DNA of 64,000 bases from a virus (IMGVR_UViG_3300008448_000040:1-64000); one strand, 5' to 3'. Shown: positions 40,949-48,219, counted from the first letter of the stretch. The notes: a model not told the origin generated them from the letters alone. Program-made: numbers and translations.

Positions 40949-41460
40949 TAGTGCCTCGAGTAGAATACATGCATACCAATTCTAACCTTGCGCTTGAGAT
41001 TCCAGTTAGGTTGAACATATGTTGCATGGAAAAACAGTGAACCTTTAGATGGGTCTTTGTCCCTGATGTTCTTGTGATTCTCAGCAATAATCCTTGCCAT
41101 ATTTTTTATTTGACGATACCTTTGTGGATCGCTGATATGTGGATTCTTACCGAGAATACAGACCCATGAAAACTGGCATACTTCACCTAGTTTTTGATGG
41201 ACTACTCCACAAATGGTGGATGGGAAAGTACCATCAGCAACTCTATTCATTGTTACAAAACCAACTGCACTGACGCCTTTATCAGATTCTGATTTGGCTT
41301 CAAAATACATATTTCTTGCAAGGCACTCAATCTGTTTCTCGGAGTACTTTGTTATGAATGGCTGTTCTTGGACTATGTCGTGATCTGCTTCTGAGAACTC
41401 ATTAGCTGCAAATACTAGTGAACATAGACCAAGCAGTGTTATAAGCACTAGCTTTTTCAT
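40948..41460 (-). CDS. Cell wall hydrolase, SleB/Hydrolase_2 family, with signal peptide
   Basis: CLARNMYFEA, VxxVTMNRV, FPxTICGVVHQ, CQFSW, FFHATYVxPxW, IGxHVFY. Confidence 0.9.
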   Translation of the reverse strand: MKKLVLITLLGLCSLVFAANEFSEADHDIVQEQPFITKYSEKQIECLARNMYFEAKSESDKGVSAVGFVTMNRVADGTFPSTICGVVHQKLGEVCQFSWVCILGKNPHISDPQRYRQIKNMARIIAENHKNIRDKDPSKGSLFFHATYVQPNWNLKRKVRIGMHVFYSRH

Positions 41461-41592
41461 GTTAACTTCCTCTTTGATTAATGAAATGAAGGATAGAGGT
41501 GAAACTTTCAGTTATCCGAATTAAGAGTCAAAACGCAATAATTATCAATAAAACATAATATTTCGAGCCGTGGGCTCTATTGTAGATAGAGT

Positions 41593-41600
41593 TATTTATA
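41593..41600 (-). promoter_or_regulatory. T4-type late promoter TATAAATA
   Basis: Exact TATAAATA on the minus strand in the intergenic region upstream of the SleB hydrolase. Confidence 0.65.
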
Positions 41601-41610
41601 AAAAATATTT

Positions 41611-42276
41611 TTAAGAATCATAAACATACTTTTTTCTTTGCTCCAAAACTTCTTTTCCTACTGTTTCGTGTAACTCTCTTAGTTTCTTATCGGAAGGAAT
41701 GTCAGGCTTGATTGCTAGTTGATCTCTGCAGTCATACTTGAATTCTTTGAATGGTCCATCAGCATCGACATAATGTAAGAATATTTGAGTCATTTCGTTT
41801 CCGAGATAATTACCAGGTCTCCAATGAGGAACTTCACATCCTTTGTAAATAGCTAAATCACCTGGTTCTAACAATACCCTTTCTTCTGATCCATCATCTT
41901 GATCGAAACACATCTCCCAGGGAATAGGATCATAGTAAGTATTGAGAGTGACTGAATATTCACAGCTAGGCCTATCAATATGTTTAGGTAAGATAGAGTC
42001 TTTATAGTAAATCCTAAAATAGCTGTAAGTGGGATATAGTTTTTTACCAGAAACCTCTTCTACCATTGGCTTCAAGTACTCTAATAATGTTTCAGTACAA
42101 CTCCAGCCATATGCTTTAAAGCATTGCTTAGTCATTTTATCTGAAAAATAAGTCAAATCGGATTTGTCTACTCCGAGATTGTAGTAGTAAGTGTCTCTGA
42201 AGATCTTAACTTGCTGATTTATGAATGAAGTCAGCTCTGGAGAGATAGCATTTCTAATAATGTGATATTTATTCAT
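41611..42276 (-). CDS. 2OG-Fe(II) oxygenase-like protein (start probably MNKYH at 42276)
   Basis: LYPTYSYFRIY, HIDRPSCEYSVTL, PGD..IYKGC...HWR, QIFLHYV. The longer track ORF runs into the tmRNA 3' hairpin. Confidence 0.8.
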   Translation of the reverse strand: MNKYHIIRNAISPELTSFINQQVKIFRDTYYYNLGVDKSDLTYFSDKMTKQCFKAYGWSCTETLLEYLKPMVEEVSGKKLYPTYSYFRIYYKDSILPKHIDRPSCEYSVTLNTYYDPIPWEMCFDQDDGSEERVLLEPGDLAIYKGCEVPHWRPGNYLGNEMTQIFLHYVDADGPFKEFKYDCRDQLAIKPDIPSDKKLRELHETVGKEVLEQRKKYVYDS

Positions 42277-42289
42277 AGAGTCAAAAATT

Positions 42290-42610
42290 AATGCCGGCTG
42301 ATTGGGTAATAAGGACAGCCGGCTAAACCCCATCTAGCAATTTAAGCTGCTAGAGCGTAACGCTCGTCATTTGCGTTTACTATTTTGCTTCATTTACGTC
42401 GATCGCCTGACGTGTTGTCCACTCTCCTACTCCTTGCCCTGTCGAAACCATGTCTGGCCCATCAGAAGTGTCCTGCTGTTCACAGGTCGGGAATTCCAAT
42501 CCTCAGAGCTTTGTTAAACCCTTACATATCACCCTAAACAACACTTCTGGTGGACCAGGCGGGAGTCGAACCCGCGTCCAGAACACCTTTTGGTTTGCTT
42601 CATACAACAA
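42290..42610 (-). ncRNA. ssrA: Circularly permuted (two-piece) tmRNA, tag peptide ANDERYALAA
   Basis: Minus strand order: T-arm GCGGGTTCGACTCCCGC plus CTGGTCC-A-CCA (3' end 42548); 87 nt spacer; 5' piece GGGCCAG-ACATGGTTTCGAC (G1 at 42460) forming a 7 bp acceptor stem with G3.U70; tag ORF 42374-42342; terminal hairpin GCCGGCTG...CAGCCGGC. Outer ends are approximate. Confidence 0.93.
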
Positions 42611-42621
42611 TATCTAACACA

Positions 42622-42834
42622 CTATGTAGGATCCACCCCTACGTAACCGACCAGCGGTATCTTAGTCTTGTCGTCGCCTTTGCCACTTCTAGATGAATAG
42701 TGTGTTCTTTTTTGCTGTTCACAATATTCTACACAGTGTCCACAGCAAATGTCAACATCTTTGAGTCTGTTCAACAGTTCATCTGATGTATCGTAGTCTG
42801 ATTCTTTGATGTTTCTGCAAACACAAACAATCAT
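42622..42834 (-). CDS. Bfd-like [2Fe-2S] ferredoxin
   Basis: MIVCVCRNI...CCGHC (CxC...CxxC) motif. Confidence 0.75.
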   Translation of the reverse strand: MIVCVCRNIKESDYDTSDELLNRLKDVDICCGHCVEYCEQQKRTHYSSRSGKGDDKTKIPLVGYVGVDPT

Positions 42835-42846
42835 GAAAACTCCTAG

Positions 42847-42987
42847 TTATCTTATGTAATTTCCTGTCACGACCACATAGATGAACAAGACCCAGCCAAA
42901 CCTAAGAGCAATATCAAACCAACGCTCAAAGTGATCTAACCAAGTCTTGTTCGTTCCAGAGTTTTTAGATTCTGGTGAGAGACTCAT
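42847..42987 (-). CDS. Small single-pass membrane protein (46 aa)
   Basis: Not in track. [46 protein letters not shown]; start overlaps the rubrerythrin stop. Confidence 0.55.
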   Translation of the reverse strand: MSLSPESKNSGTNKTWLDHFERWFDIALRFGWVLFIYVVVTGNYIR

Positions 42988-43418
42988 TGTACTCCTGCGT
43001 TGTAAGCGTCGAGAGTTTTCTTGAACTTACCAGCGTGGCTACGCTCTGCCTTAGCAAGAGTTTCAAACCAGTCAGCAATTTCATCAAACCCTTCATCACG
43101 AGCAGTCTTAGCCATACCAGGGTACATATCAGTATATTCGTGTGTTTCACCCTCGATAGCTGACTCTAGTGCCTGTGCAACATTCTTAACTTCCATACCG
43201 GTTGCAGGATCACCAGCAGCACCGTTCAAAAGGTATTCCATGTGACCATGAGCATGGCCAGTCTCACCTTCAGCTGTATGACGGAACACAGCAGCAACTT
43301 CAGGAGATCCTTCAATGTCAGCCATGTTTGCGAAATATAGATAACGACGGTTTGCTTGTGATTCACCAGCAAAAGCCTCTTTGAGGTTCAACTCAGTTTT
43401 TGTGCCTTTTAAATTCAT
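42984..43418 (-). CDS. Rubrerythrin (short di-iron form without rubredoxin domain)
   Basis: [70 protein letters not shown]. Confidence 0.95.
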   Translation of the reverse strand: MNLKGTKTELNLKEAFAGESQANRRYLYFANMADIEGSPEVAAVFRHTAEGETGHAHGHMEYLLNGAAGDPATGMEVKNVAQALESAIEGETHEYTDMYPGMAKTARDEGFDEIADWFETLAKAERSHAGKFKKTLDAYNAGVQ

Positions 43419-43427
43419 AATATCTCC

Positions 43428-43454
43428 AAAAAAATGAGCCCCGTGAGGGGCTCA
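43428..43454 (-). terminator. Intrinsic terminator downstream of pqqA
   Basis: TGAGCCCC-TCAC-GGGGCTCA followed by T7 on the minus strand. Confidence 0.85.
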
Positions 43455-43480
43455 ACTATCTAGTGTTGATTGATAGTTGA

Positions 43481-43555
43481 TTAACGATTTGCGATATACA
43501 TTGTGATTTCAAAACCAAAACGCATGTCATTTGCAGTTGGTGTAGTCCACTCCAT
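43481..43555 (-). CDS. pqqA: Pyrroloquinoline quinone precursor peptide PqqA (24 aa)
   Basis: Not in track. MEWTTPTANDMRFGFEITMYIANR with WxxP, RxGFE and the ExxxY core; SD AGGAG upstream. Confidence 0.93.
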   Translation of the reverse strand: MEWTTPTANDMRFGFEITMYIANR

Positions 43556-43635
43556 TTTTATCTCCTATTGTAAAAGCCACAATTGGCTAGACAGTATCTA
43601 GTAAGTTATGACTAAAATACAACTGGGTAAAAACA

Positions 43636-43758
43636 TTATTTATTGCTAATCCATTCACCTGCTTTTGACAGATCTTTACCTGCACCAGATACAGCACCAC
43701 CAAGGGTGCCGCATCCAGTCATCAAAAGCATCAGAACTACTGATGCTAATTTCTTCAT
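43636..43758 (-). CDS. Entericidin EcnA/B-like small lipoprotein (40 aa)
   Basis: Not in track. MKKLASVVLMLLMTGC-GTLGGAVSGAGKDLSKAGEWISNK: lipobox plus GxGKD...GExI amphipathic tail. Confidence 0.7.
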   Translation of the reverse strand: MKKLASVVLMLLMTGCGTLGGAVSGAGKDLSKAGEWISNK

Positions 43759-44714
43759 GCTACCTCCGCCATCTCGACAGCGGTCTCAAGTGCCTTCACC
43801 TTCAAAGCCTTGTTAGGACCATACCAAGCCGATGTCAGACGACCTTCTTGTGTACGACCAACAATGTGGTCAGTCAAGAACGTGACAGCATTGAATGCTT
43901 GCCACCAAGATCCCTCAGCAAACTTGGCACCTGGTTGCTCATAGAGAGCTTCCAAAGCCAGCTCTGCAGACTTGGATAGTTCTTTCTTAACTTTGGTCTC
44001 TTCATTCTTAGAACGACCATAGGCATTGACAGGGAAGATACGGCTGAAGTATTCCTTCACAGTCTCTTCCTTGTACTTCTTGCTGCCCAAGAACTTAGCC
44101 ATCTCTTTGTACTTAGCGAGCTTGTCAGAAGCGATACCCAACGTCTGCTTCACTTGGTCACCATCAAATACACGGCGATGGGATACTTTCACCATATTAT
44201 CTGATTTAGTATTGAGTGACAGCGTAAGAGTATTGTTGCAGACCACGCGTATCGGAGTGAAACGAACGTCAATAGACTGACCAAACTTGTGAGGTAGAGT
44301 GAAAAGTAGATATGACTCCACAGTGTCACCATTGAATACATCAAAGCTCTCCTTGATCTTAGCCAGTGCCCACACGATCTGACCATTTTTCAATGAACCA
44401 GCTGTGTGCATTTCCATGTCACCAGAGCATACGAAGTCGTTAAAGAACTCAAATGCTTCGTGATTCTGCATAGGATTCCAATCTTGCGACACAACATCAA
44501 GGATTTTACCATCAGTTGAGCGTACTAGAGCGTCCTTGCCAGTGTAAACTTGCTTGTCAAACACTTTAGCAAACGTAGGAATCTTCTGAACTTGCCAGTC
44601 AAGACCAGCTGCCTCGAGCATTTGATGTGGTGAAAGGTCAGAAGGAACAGGCTTACCAAGACCATGCCATGGAGTTGCGCCTGCGTATGCCATTGTTTCG
44701 ACTAGATGAGCCAT
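43755..44714 (-). CDS. DUF932 / phage-plasmid LGT family protein
   Basis: METMAYAG.TPWHGLG, AGLDWQV, PMQNHEAFEFF, TAGSLKNG, FTPIRVVCNNTL. Confidence 0.85.
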   Translation of the reverse strand: MAHLVETMAYAGATPWHGLGKPVPSDLSPHQMLEAAGLDWQVQKIPTFAKVFDKQVYTGKDALVRSTDGKILDVVSQDWNPMQNHEAFEFFNDFVCSGDMEMHTAGSLKNGQIVWALAKIKESFDVFNGDTVESYLLFTLPHKFGQSIDVRFTPIRVVCNNTLTLSLNTKSDNMVKVSHRRVFDGDQVKQTLGIASDKLAKYKEMAKFLGSKKYKEETVKEYFSRIFPVNAYGRSKNEETKVKKELSKSAELALEALYEQPGAKFAEGSWWQAFNAVTFLTDHIVGRTQEGRLTSAWYGPNKALKVKALETAVEMAEVA

Positions 44715-44758
44715 TTGTTTCTCCTTAAAAGTGTTTAAAGTTGATTACTACAATGGTG

Positions 44759-44787
44759 ATTCTCAACATTAAATGATTTTAAGTCAA
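44759..44787 (-). promoter_or_regulatory. sigma70-type early promoter
   Basis: TTGACT-17 nt-GAGAAT upstream of the DUF932 gene. Confidence 0.6.
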
Positions 44788-45300
44788 CAGTCTTGGAGAA
44801 GAATCATCGATTGCTGAAAGAATATTGCGAATTGTGTGGTCAAAATCACCGGTATGGTGAACAGCTACCCCTTTTTTGGCGACCCATTGTTCAACATTTT
44901 CCGGTTTATCGTCAATTAGGATGTCGCCTGGCTTGCACCAATTCTGTTTATCACGTGAAAATGGGCCAAAATTGATTGGAAGACCAGGAAAGTACTTGTT
45001 CAACCACCTAGTTTTGTCGTCTCTTGACGTTGGCATCGTTTGTTCACGTGGAATGGCGGTCAAAAAACTGACGTTAAAGCGAGTTGAGAATGATTTGCAA
45101 AGGGCAACAAGTGTAGTTGACTCGGGAATCAATTCTAGTTGGTAGTAAAAATTATCAATTTCTGATATTTTCTGCCATTCTTCAGCTGTAAGGTCGTAAA
45201 CTCCCCATCCAATCTTGCGGCCAAGTAGGTTTGACACGAATTTATCGAAGTCTGCTACGACTCCGTCCATATCAATGTAGATTGATCTTTCGCTATTCAT
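44779..45300 (-). CDS. 5'(3')-deoxyribonucleotidase (HAD, NT5C-like)
   Basis: IYIDMDGVVADF, FLTA, K..W, ILIDD. Confidence 0.85.
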   Translation of the reverse strand: MNSERSIYIDMDGVVADFDKFVSNLLGRKIGWGVYDLTAEEWQKISEIDNFYYQLELIPESTTLVALCKSFSTRFNVSFLTAIPREQTMPTSRDDKTRWLNKYFPGLPINFGPFSRDKQNWCKPGDILIDDKPENVEQWVAKKGVAVHHTGDFDHTIRNILSAIDDSSPRLLT

Positions 45301-45307
45301 AGTATCC

Positions 45308-45700
45308 TCAAAAGTTATCGTCGTATGGTCGTAGGCTTGCTTGATACTCGTTATATTTCTGTTGGATTAATTTAATTAGTTTTGGATCTCTATACTCGTA
45401 GATGTCTTCGATATGAAGAGTTATGATTGGTTTATTGAATGCAAATTCAATCATCTTTTGTCTCACGACAATTTCATGCTCAGATTCCATACAGATAATT
45501 TCATCTGCCCATTGAATTAGATCTTCGGTTAGAGGAATGAGCGCATAGGGAGCCGTCCCAACATTTCTAGTATTGAAATCGTATGGATATTGGCAAAGGA
45601 CGTGAGCAGCAGTTGCAGAACGTAGTATGCCGGCAGAGCAAACACAAAGAACACGTTTATAATCTCCCTGGTAGCTATTAGAACGAACCCCATATGTCAT
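45308..45700 (-). CDS. Low-molecular-weight protein-tyrosine phosphatase-like protein
   Basis: VLCVCSAGILRSATA (CX5R) P-loop, WADEIICME, IED. Confidence 0.8.
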   Translation of the reverse strand: MTYGVRSNSYQGDYKRVLCVCSAGILRSATAAHVLCQYPYDFNTRNVGTAPYALIPLTEDLIQWADEIICMESEHEIVVRQKMIEFAFNKPIITLHIEDIYEYRDPKLIKLIQQKYNEYQASLRPYDDNF

Positions 45701-45867
45701 AGTATACTTCCAATCAATAGTCCTAATAGAAAAGTAATAAAAGGGCTAGTCATCATCATAACAAACCAGTGCTTACCATGGCGTTTACGATATTCCAGGT
45801 AGGCTCTTTCTTCGCAGTCTTTTCCTCCGTGGCATATTCCACCGCAGCACTGTCTTATTAGTCTCAT
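45697..45867 (-). CDS. Small Cys-motif membrane protein (56 aa)
   Basis: Not in track. MRLIRQCCGGICHGGKDC...C-terminal hydrophobic helix. Confidence 0.45.
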   Translation of the reverse strand: MRLIRQCCGGICHGGKDCEERAYLEYRKRHGKHWFVMMMTSPFITFLLGLLIGSIL

Positions 45868-45897
45868 TTTACCTTCCCGGAAAAAATTTAAAAAATT

Positions 45898-46197
45898 TTA
45901 GTCTATAGTACCATCGCCATAATCATAATCATCAGAGATACTATTATGGAGAGCCATGAAGCCGCAGTTCATACCTCTTGCGTACATATCAGGCTGAAAC
46001 CCAAAGACTTCGTAGAGGGCGTACCTATATGATCCTTTATCTATCAATTCTGCTTTCACGATTCTGGATACGACAGCGTGGAAAGCGTTACATTTATCCT
46101 CATAGGAGAGATTCTGCCAGAACTTCGCAGCATCGTCGTTATCAGCTATTCTTTGTTTCTCGAATAGTTCTGAGATCTTATTCAGCTCGTCATCCAT
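45898..46197 (-). CDS. Hypothetical protein
   Basis: ORF in the co-oriented early gene string. Confidence 0.6.
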   Translation of the reverse strand: MDDELNKISELFEKQRIADNDDAAKFWQNLSYEDKCNAFHAVVSRIVKAELIDKGSYRYALYEVFGFQPDMYARGMNCGFMALHNSISDDYDYGDGTID

Positions 46198-46198
46198 T

Positions 46199-46474
46199 TT
46201 ACTGTATCCTATTCGTATTCAGTTCACGATTGTATTGTGATTCGATACTATTGCTAGGATCTGGTCCTCTGTACTTGATATTCGATTCTTCTGGTATGCC
46301 AAATGCATTTCGAATGTTTTTGCGATCTGCTTGGCTCATACAAATAGATGCACAGTGGTTTGCAATCATCTGAGCAAATTTTTCTAGAGTTGATTCCCAT
46401 TTCTCTCGATCCGTACCAAGTCCGTACACGTCGATATGGGATGTTCTTTCGAACTCTCTGATAAGGTTGTTCAT
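46199..46474 (-). CDS. Hypothetical protein, KFAxLIxxxC paralogue family
   Basis: EKFAQMIANHCASIC motif shared with three other ORFs in the window. Confidence 0.6.
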   Translation of the reverse strand: MNNLIREFERTSHIDVYGLGTDREKWESTLEKFAQMIANHCASICMSQADRKNIRNAFGIPEESNIKYRGPDPSNSIESQYNRELNTNRIQ

Positions 46475-46683
46475 TCTTCAACTCCGAAATGTTTCATTAT
46501 TGTCTTATCAATTCTACGCTGGTATTGTTCATCTGTGAACGTCAATGGAAACAATGAGGCACATTCTTGTACGATTAACTTTGCAAATTTTTTTGAATCG
46601 AAATGTAGCTGTCCGTCTACCAGGGTACCATCAACTCGATGACTCCAGCATTGCTTTTCTATCTCTTGGATTATGTCGTTCAT
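46471..46683 (-). CDS. Hypothetical protein, KFAxLIxxxC paralogue family
   Basis: KKFAKLIVQECASL...HFGVEE. Confidence 0.6.
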   Translation of the reverse strand: MNDIIQEIEKQCWSHRVDGTLVDGQLHFDSKKFAKLIVQECASLFPLTFTDEQYQRRIDKTIMKHFGVEE

Positions 46684-46934
46684 TCTATCAGAGTCCTATT
46701 TTGAATGTCCCAATATCTTTCGACTGCCTTCTTGGCATACTCTTGTTCAAGATAGTGGCCAAGAGGCTTCTCGTCATCCAATTTGAAAGCATACTCAAAG
46801 TTACCAGTATTGACAACAGCTGCCCAGATATCTTGTAGGGCCACCTTAAATGATGACCCTACAATCATTCCGGTTTCAGTATCAAAGTAATGCCACTTTG
46901 AGTTTCTTTCACGCCATTCGAATTTCCTGGCCAT
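46680..46934 (-). CDS. Hypothetical protein
   Basis: Overlapping start/stop with neighbours. Confidence 0.55.
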   Translation of the reverse strand: MARKFEWRERNSKWHYFDTETGMIVGSSFKVALQDIWAAVVNTGNFEYAFKLDDEKPLGHYLEQEYAKKAVERYWDIQNRTLIE

Positions 46935-47104
46935 TATAGATTCTTCGTTTCATAACATAGGAATACACCTAAGCCAAGTACTCCCAACCCTACGATCAAA
47001 TCACCACTAAGTAGAGTCAATACTCCATTAAGAATATTCAACAATCCCAGCGTAAGCATAATAGCAACACGCTTGTTCCAGAAAAATTCACTAATTCTTT
47101 TCAT
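46934..47104 (-). CDS. Small two-helix membrane protein
   Basis: MKRISEFFWNKR followed by two hydrophobic segments; start probably internal to the track ORF. Confidence 0.5.
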   Translation of the reverse strand: MKRISEFFWNKRVAIMLTLGLLNILNGVLTLLSGDLIVGLGVLGLGVFLCYETKNL

Positions 47105-47212
47105 CTCTATTTCCTTTCGAAAGTTTATGTAATACCAACCCAATCACAATACCAATACCCAAATACAATAGATCCATCAGCATATAACCCCTATCTCAAA
47201 TACAGCAAAGCG

Positions 47213-47241
47213 ATTATACCAGAATTGTAGTAAGAGCACAA
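47213..47241 (-). promoter_or_regulatory. sigma70-type promoter
   Basis: TTGTGC-17 nt-TATAAT, with TGG just upstream of the -10 (extended -10 like). Confidence 0.6.
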
Positions 47242-47332
47242 CGGTTAATAAAATAGTAACTGCCCATATTTATTGTTTTTTGGCGTGGAAAAATTTTCAT
47301 ACCAGCCAGTTTTTGAAACTCCAGTCTATTTT

Positions 47333-47494
47333 TGCCCCCGCCAGATGGGTACCAGAGGGGATTCGAATACCGGCCCGTAGTTGACTAGAGCACTACCGCT
47401 GCGGAATCTGCCCCCGCCGCGCAGGGTTCCGCGGCAGCGGTTCCCCTGCCGGCAGCTGCGCTACGCCAGCTGCGGTGTGCTGCAGCCAGCAGCC
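47333..47494. other. GC-rich non-coding island of hairpins and direct repeats
   Basis: About 75% GC over 47401-47494 (hand count 71/94); ACCGCTGC...GCAGCGGT and GCAGCTG...CAGCTGC stems; TGCCCCCGCC occurs twice. Confidence 0.6.
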
Positions 47495-47689
47495 TTCTTT
47501 AGGTAAAAAGCAATGTAGCGAAGAAGAAGCCCGCAGCGAACATGCATGCCCACACTACGTAGTCATCGATGTCCATGCTAGTCCCCGCAGAGGCGAGTTG
47601 CAACTAAGTCATACAGCTGCTCCTCGAGTCGTTGTTCAGCCAGCACAGCGGTATCCGTCATCAGCTGCAGTATAGTCCATTCGATTACC

Positions 47690-47962
47690 TTATTCATTCC
47701 AGCCCTCTCCTTTGAAATATGATACCTGAACCTCGGTGCGTGGCCCGCCGGCATTGTAGTTTCGGTTTACTTTGTAGCCCCGTGCAGCCAGGAACCCATC
47801 GATGTTCTTGCGCTCGTCTGCCGCGCCGCAGTTGACATAGATGCAGGACTTCCTGCCGTACGTCTCGTTAGAGATGCCCTTTGCCTTCAGCCCCTTCTCA
47901 GCGAACTCATTGGTACCGAAGTAGAGCGAGAGGTCGTTGAATAATTGCTTCTTCGATTTCAT
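47690..47962 (-). CDS. Hypothetical early protein
   Basis: Co-oriented with overlapping stop/start. Confidence 0.6.
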   Translation of the reverse strand: MKSKKQLFNDLSLYFGTNEFAEKGLKAKGISNETYGRKSCIYVNCGAADERKNIDGFLAARGYKVNRNYNAGGPRTEVQVSYFKGEGWNE

Positions 47963-48219
47963 AGGGTCACCTTGTAGGAGTCGATTACTACATCGTCGGA
48001 GTTGACTAGATCATACTCTACTTCTACAGGGGCAAACATCTTCGCGCCCTGCCGCATAAACTCCTTCAGCTCGCGACGTACCTCACTCGGAAACTCTTCC
48101 TCATACTCGTTGATGAACATGATGGCTTCCAGGATACCGTAGTTACGTGCTGCGCGAATATAATCAACTTCTGCCATTAGATTTGCAAACATCATTCCAC
48201 CTCCATCGGAACAACACAC
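47959..48219 (-). CDS. Hypothetical early protein
   Basis: Acidic small ORF; true start probably the MMFANL Met. Confidence 0.5.
   Translation of the reverse strand: MCCSDGGGMMFANLMAEVDYIRAARNYGILEAIMFINEYEEEFPSEVRRELKEFMRQGAKMFAPVEVEYDLVNSDDVVIDSYKVTL

Noticed and set aside
42277-42333. N-terminal extension of the 240 aa track ORF (MGFSRLSLLPNQPALIFDS)
   Set aside because: It overlaps the tmRNA 3' hairpin; the internal Met at 42276 is the more plausible start.
42342-43534. pqqA codons GCAAATGACATGCGTT resemble the tmRNA tag GCAAATGACGAGCGTT (ANDMR vs ANDER)
   Set aside because: Short match; each sequence is explained by its own family consensus, so probably coincidence.
47345-47375. GGGGATTCGAATACC resembles the reverse complement of a tRNA T-loop
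   Set aside because: No pairing T-stem, anticodon arm or matching acceptor stem could be built around it.
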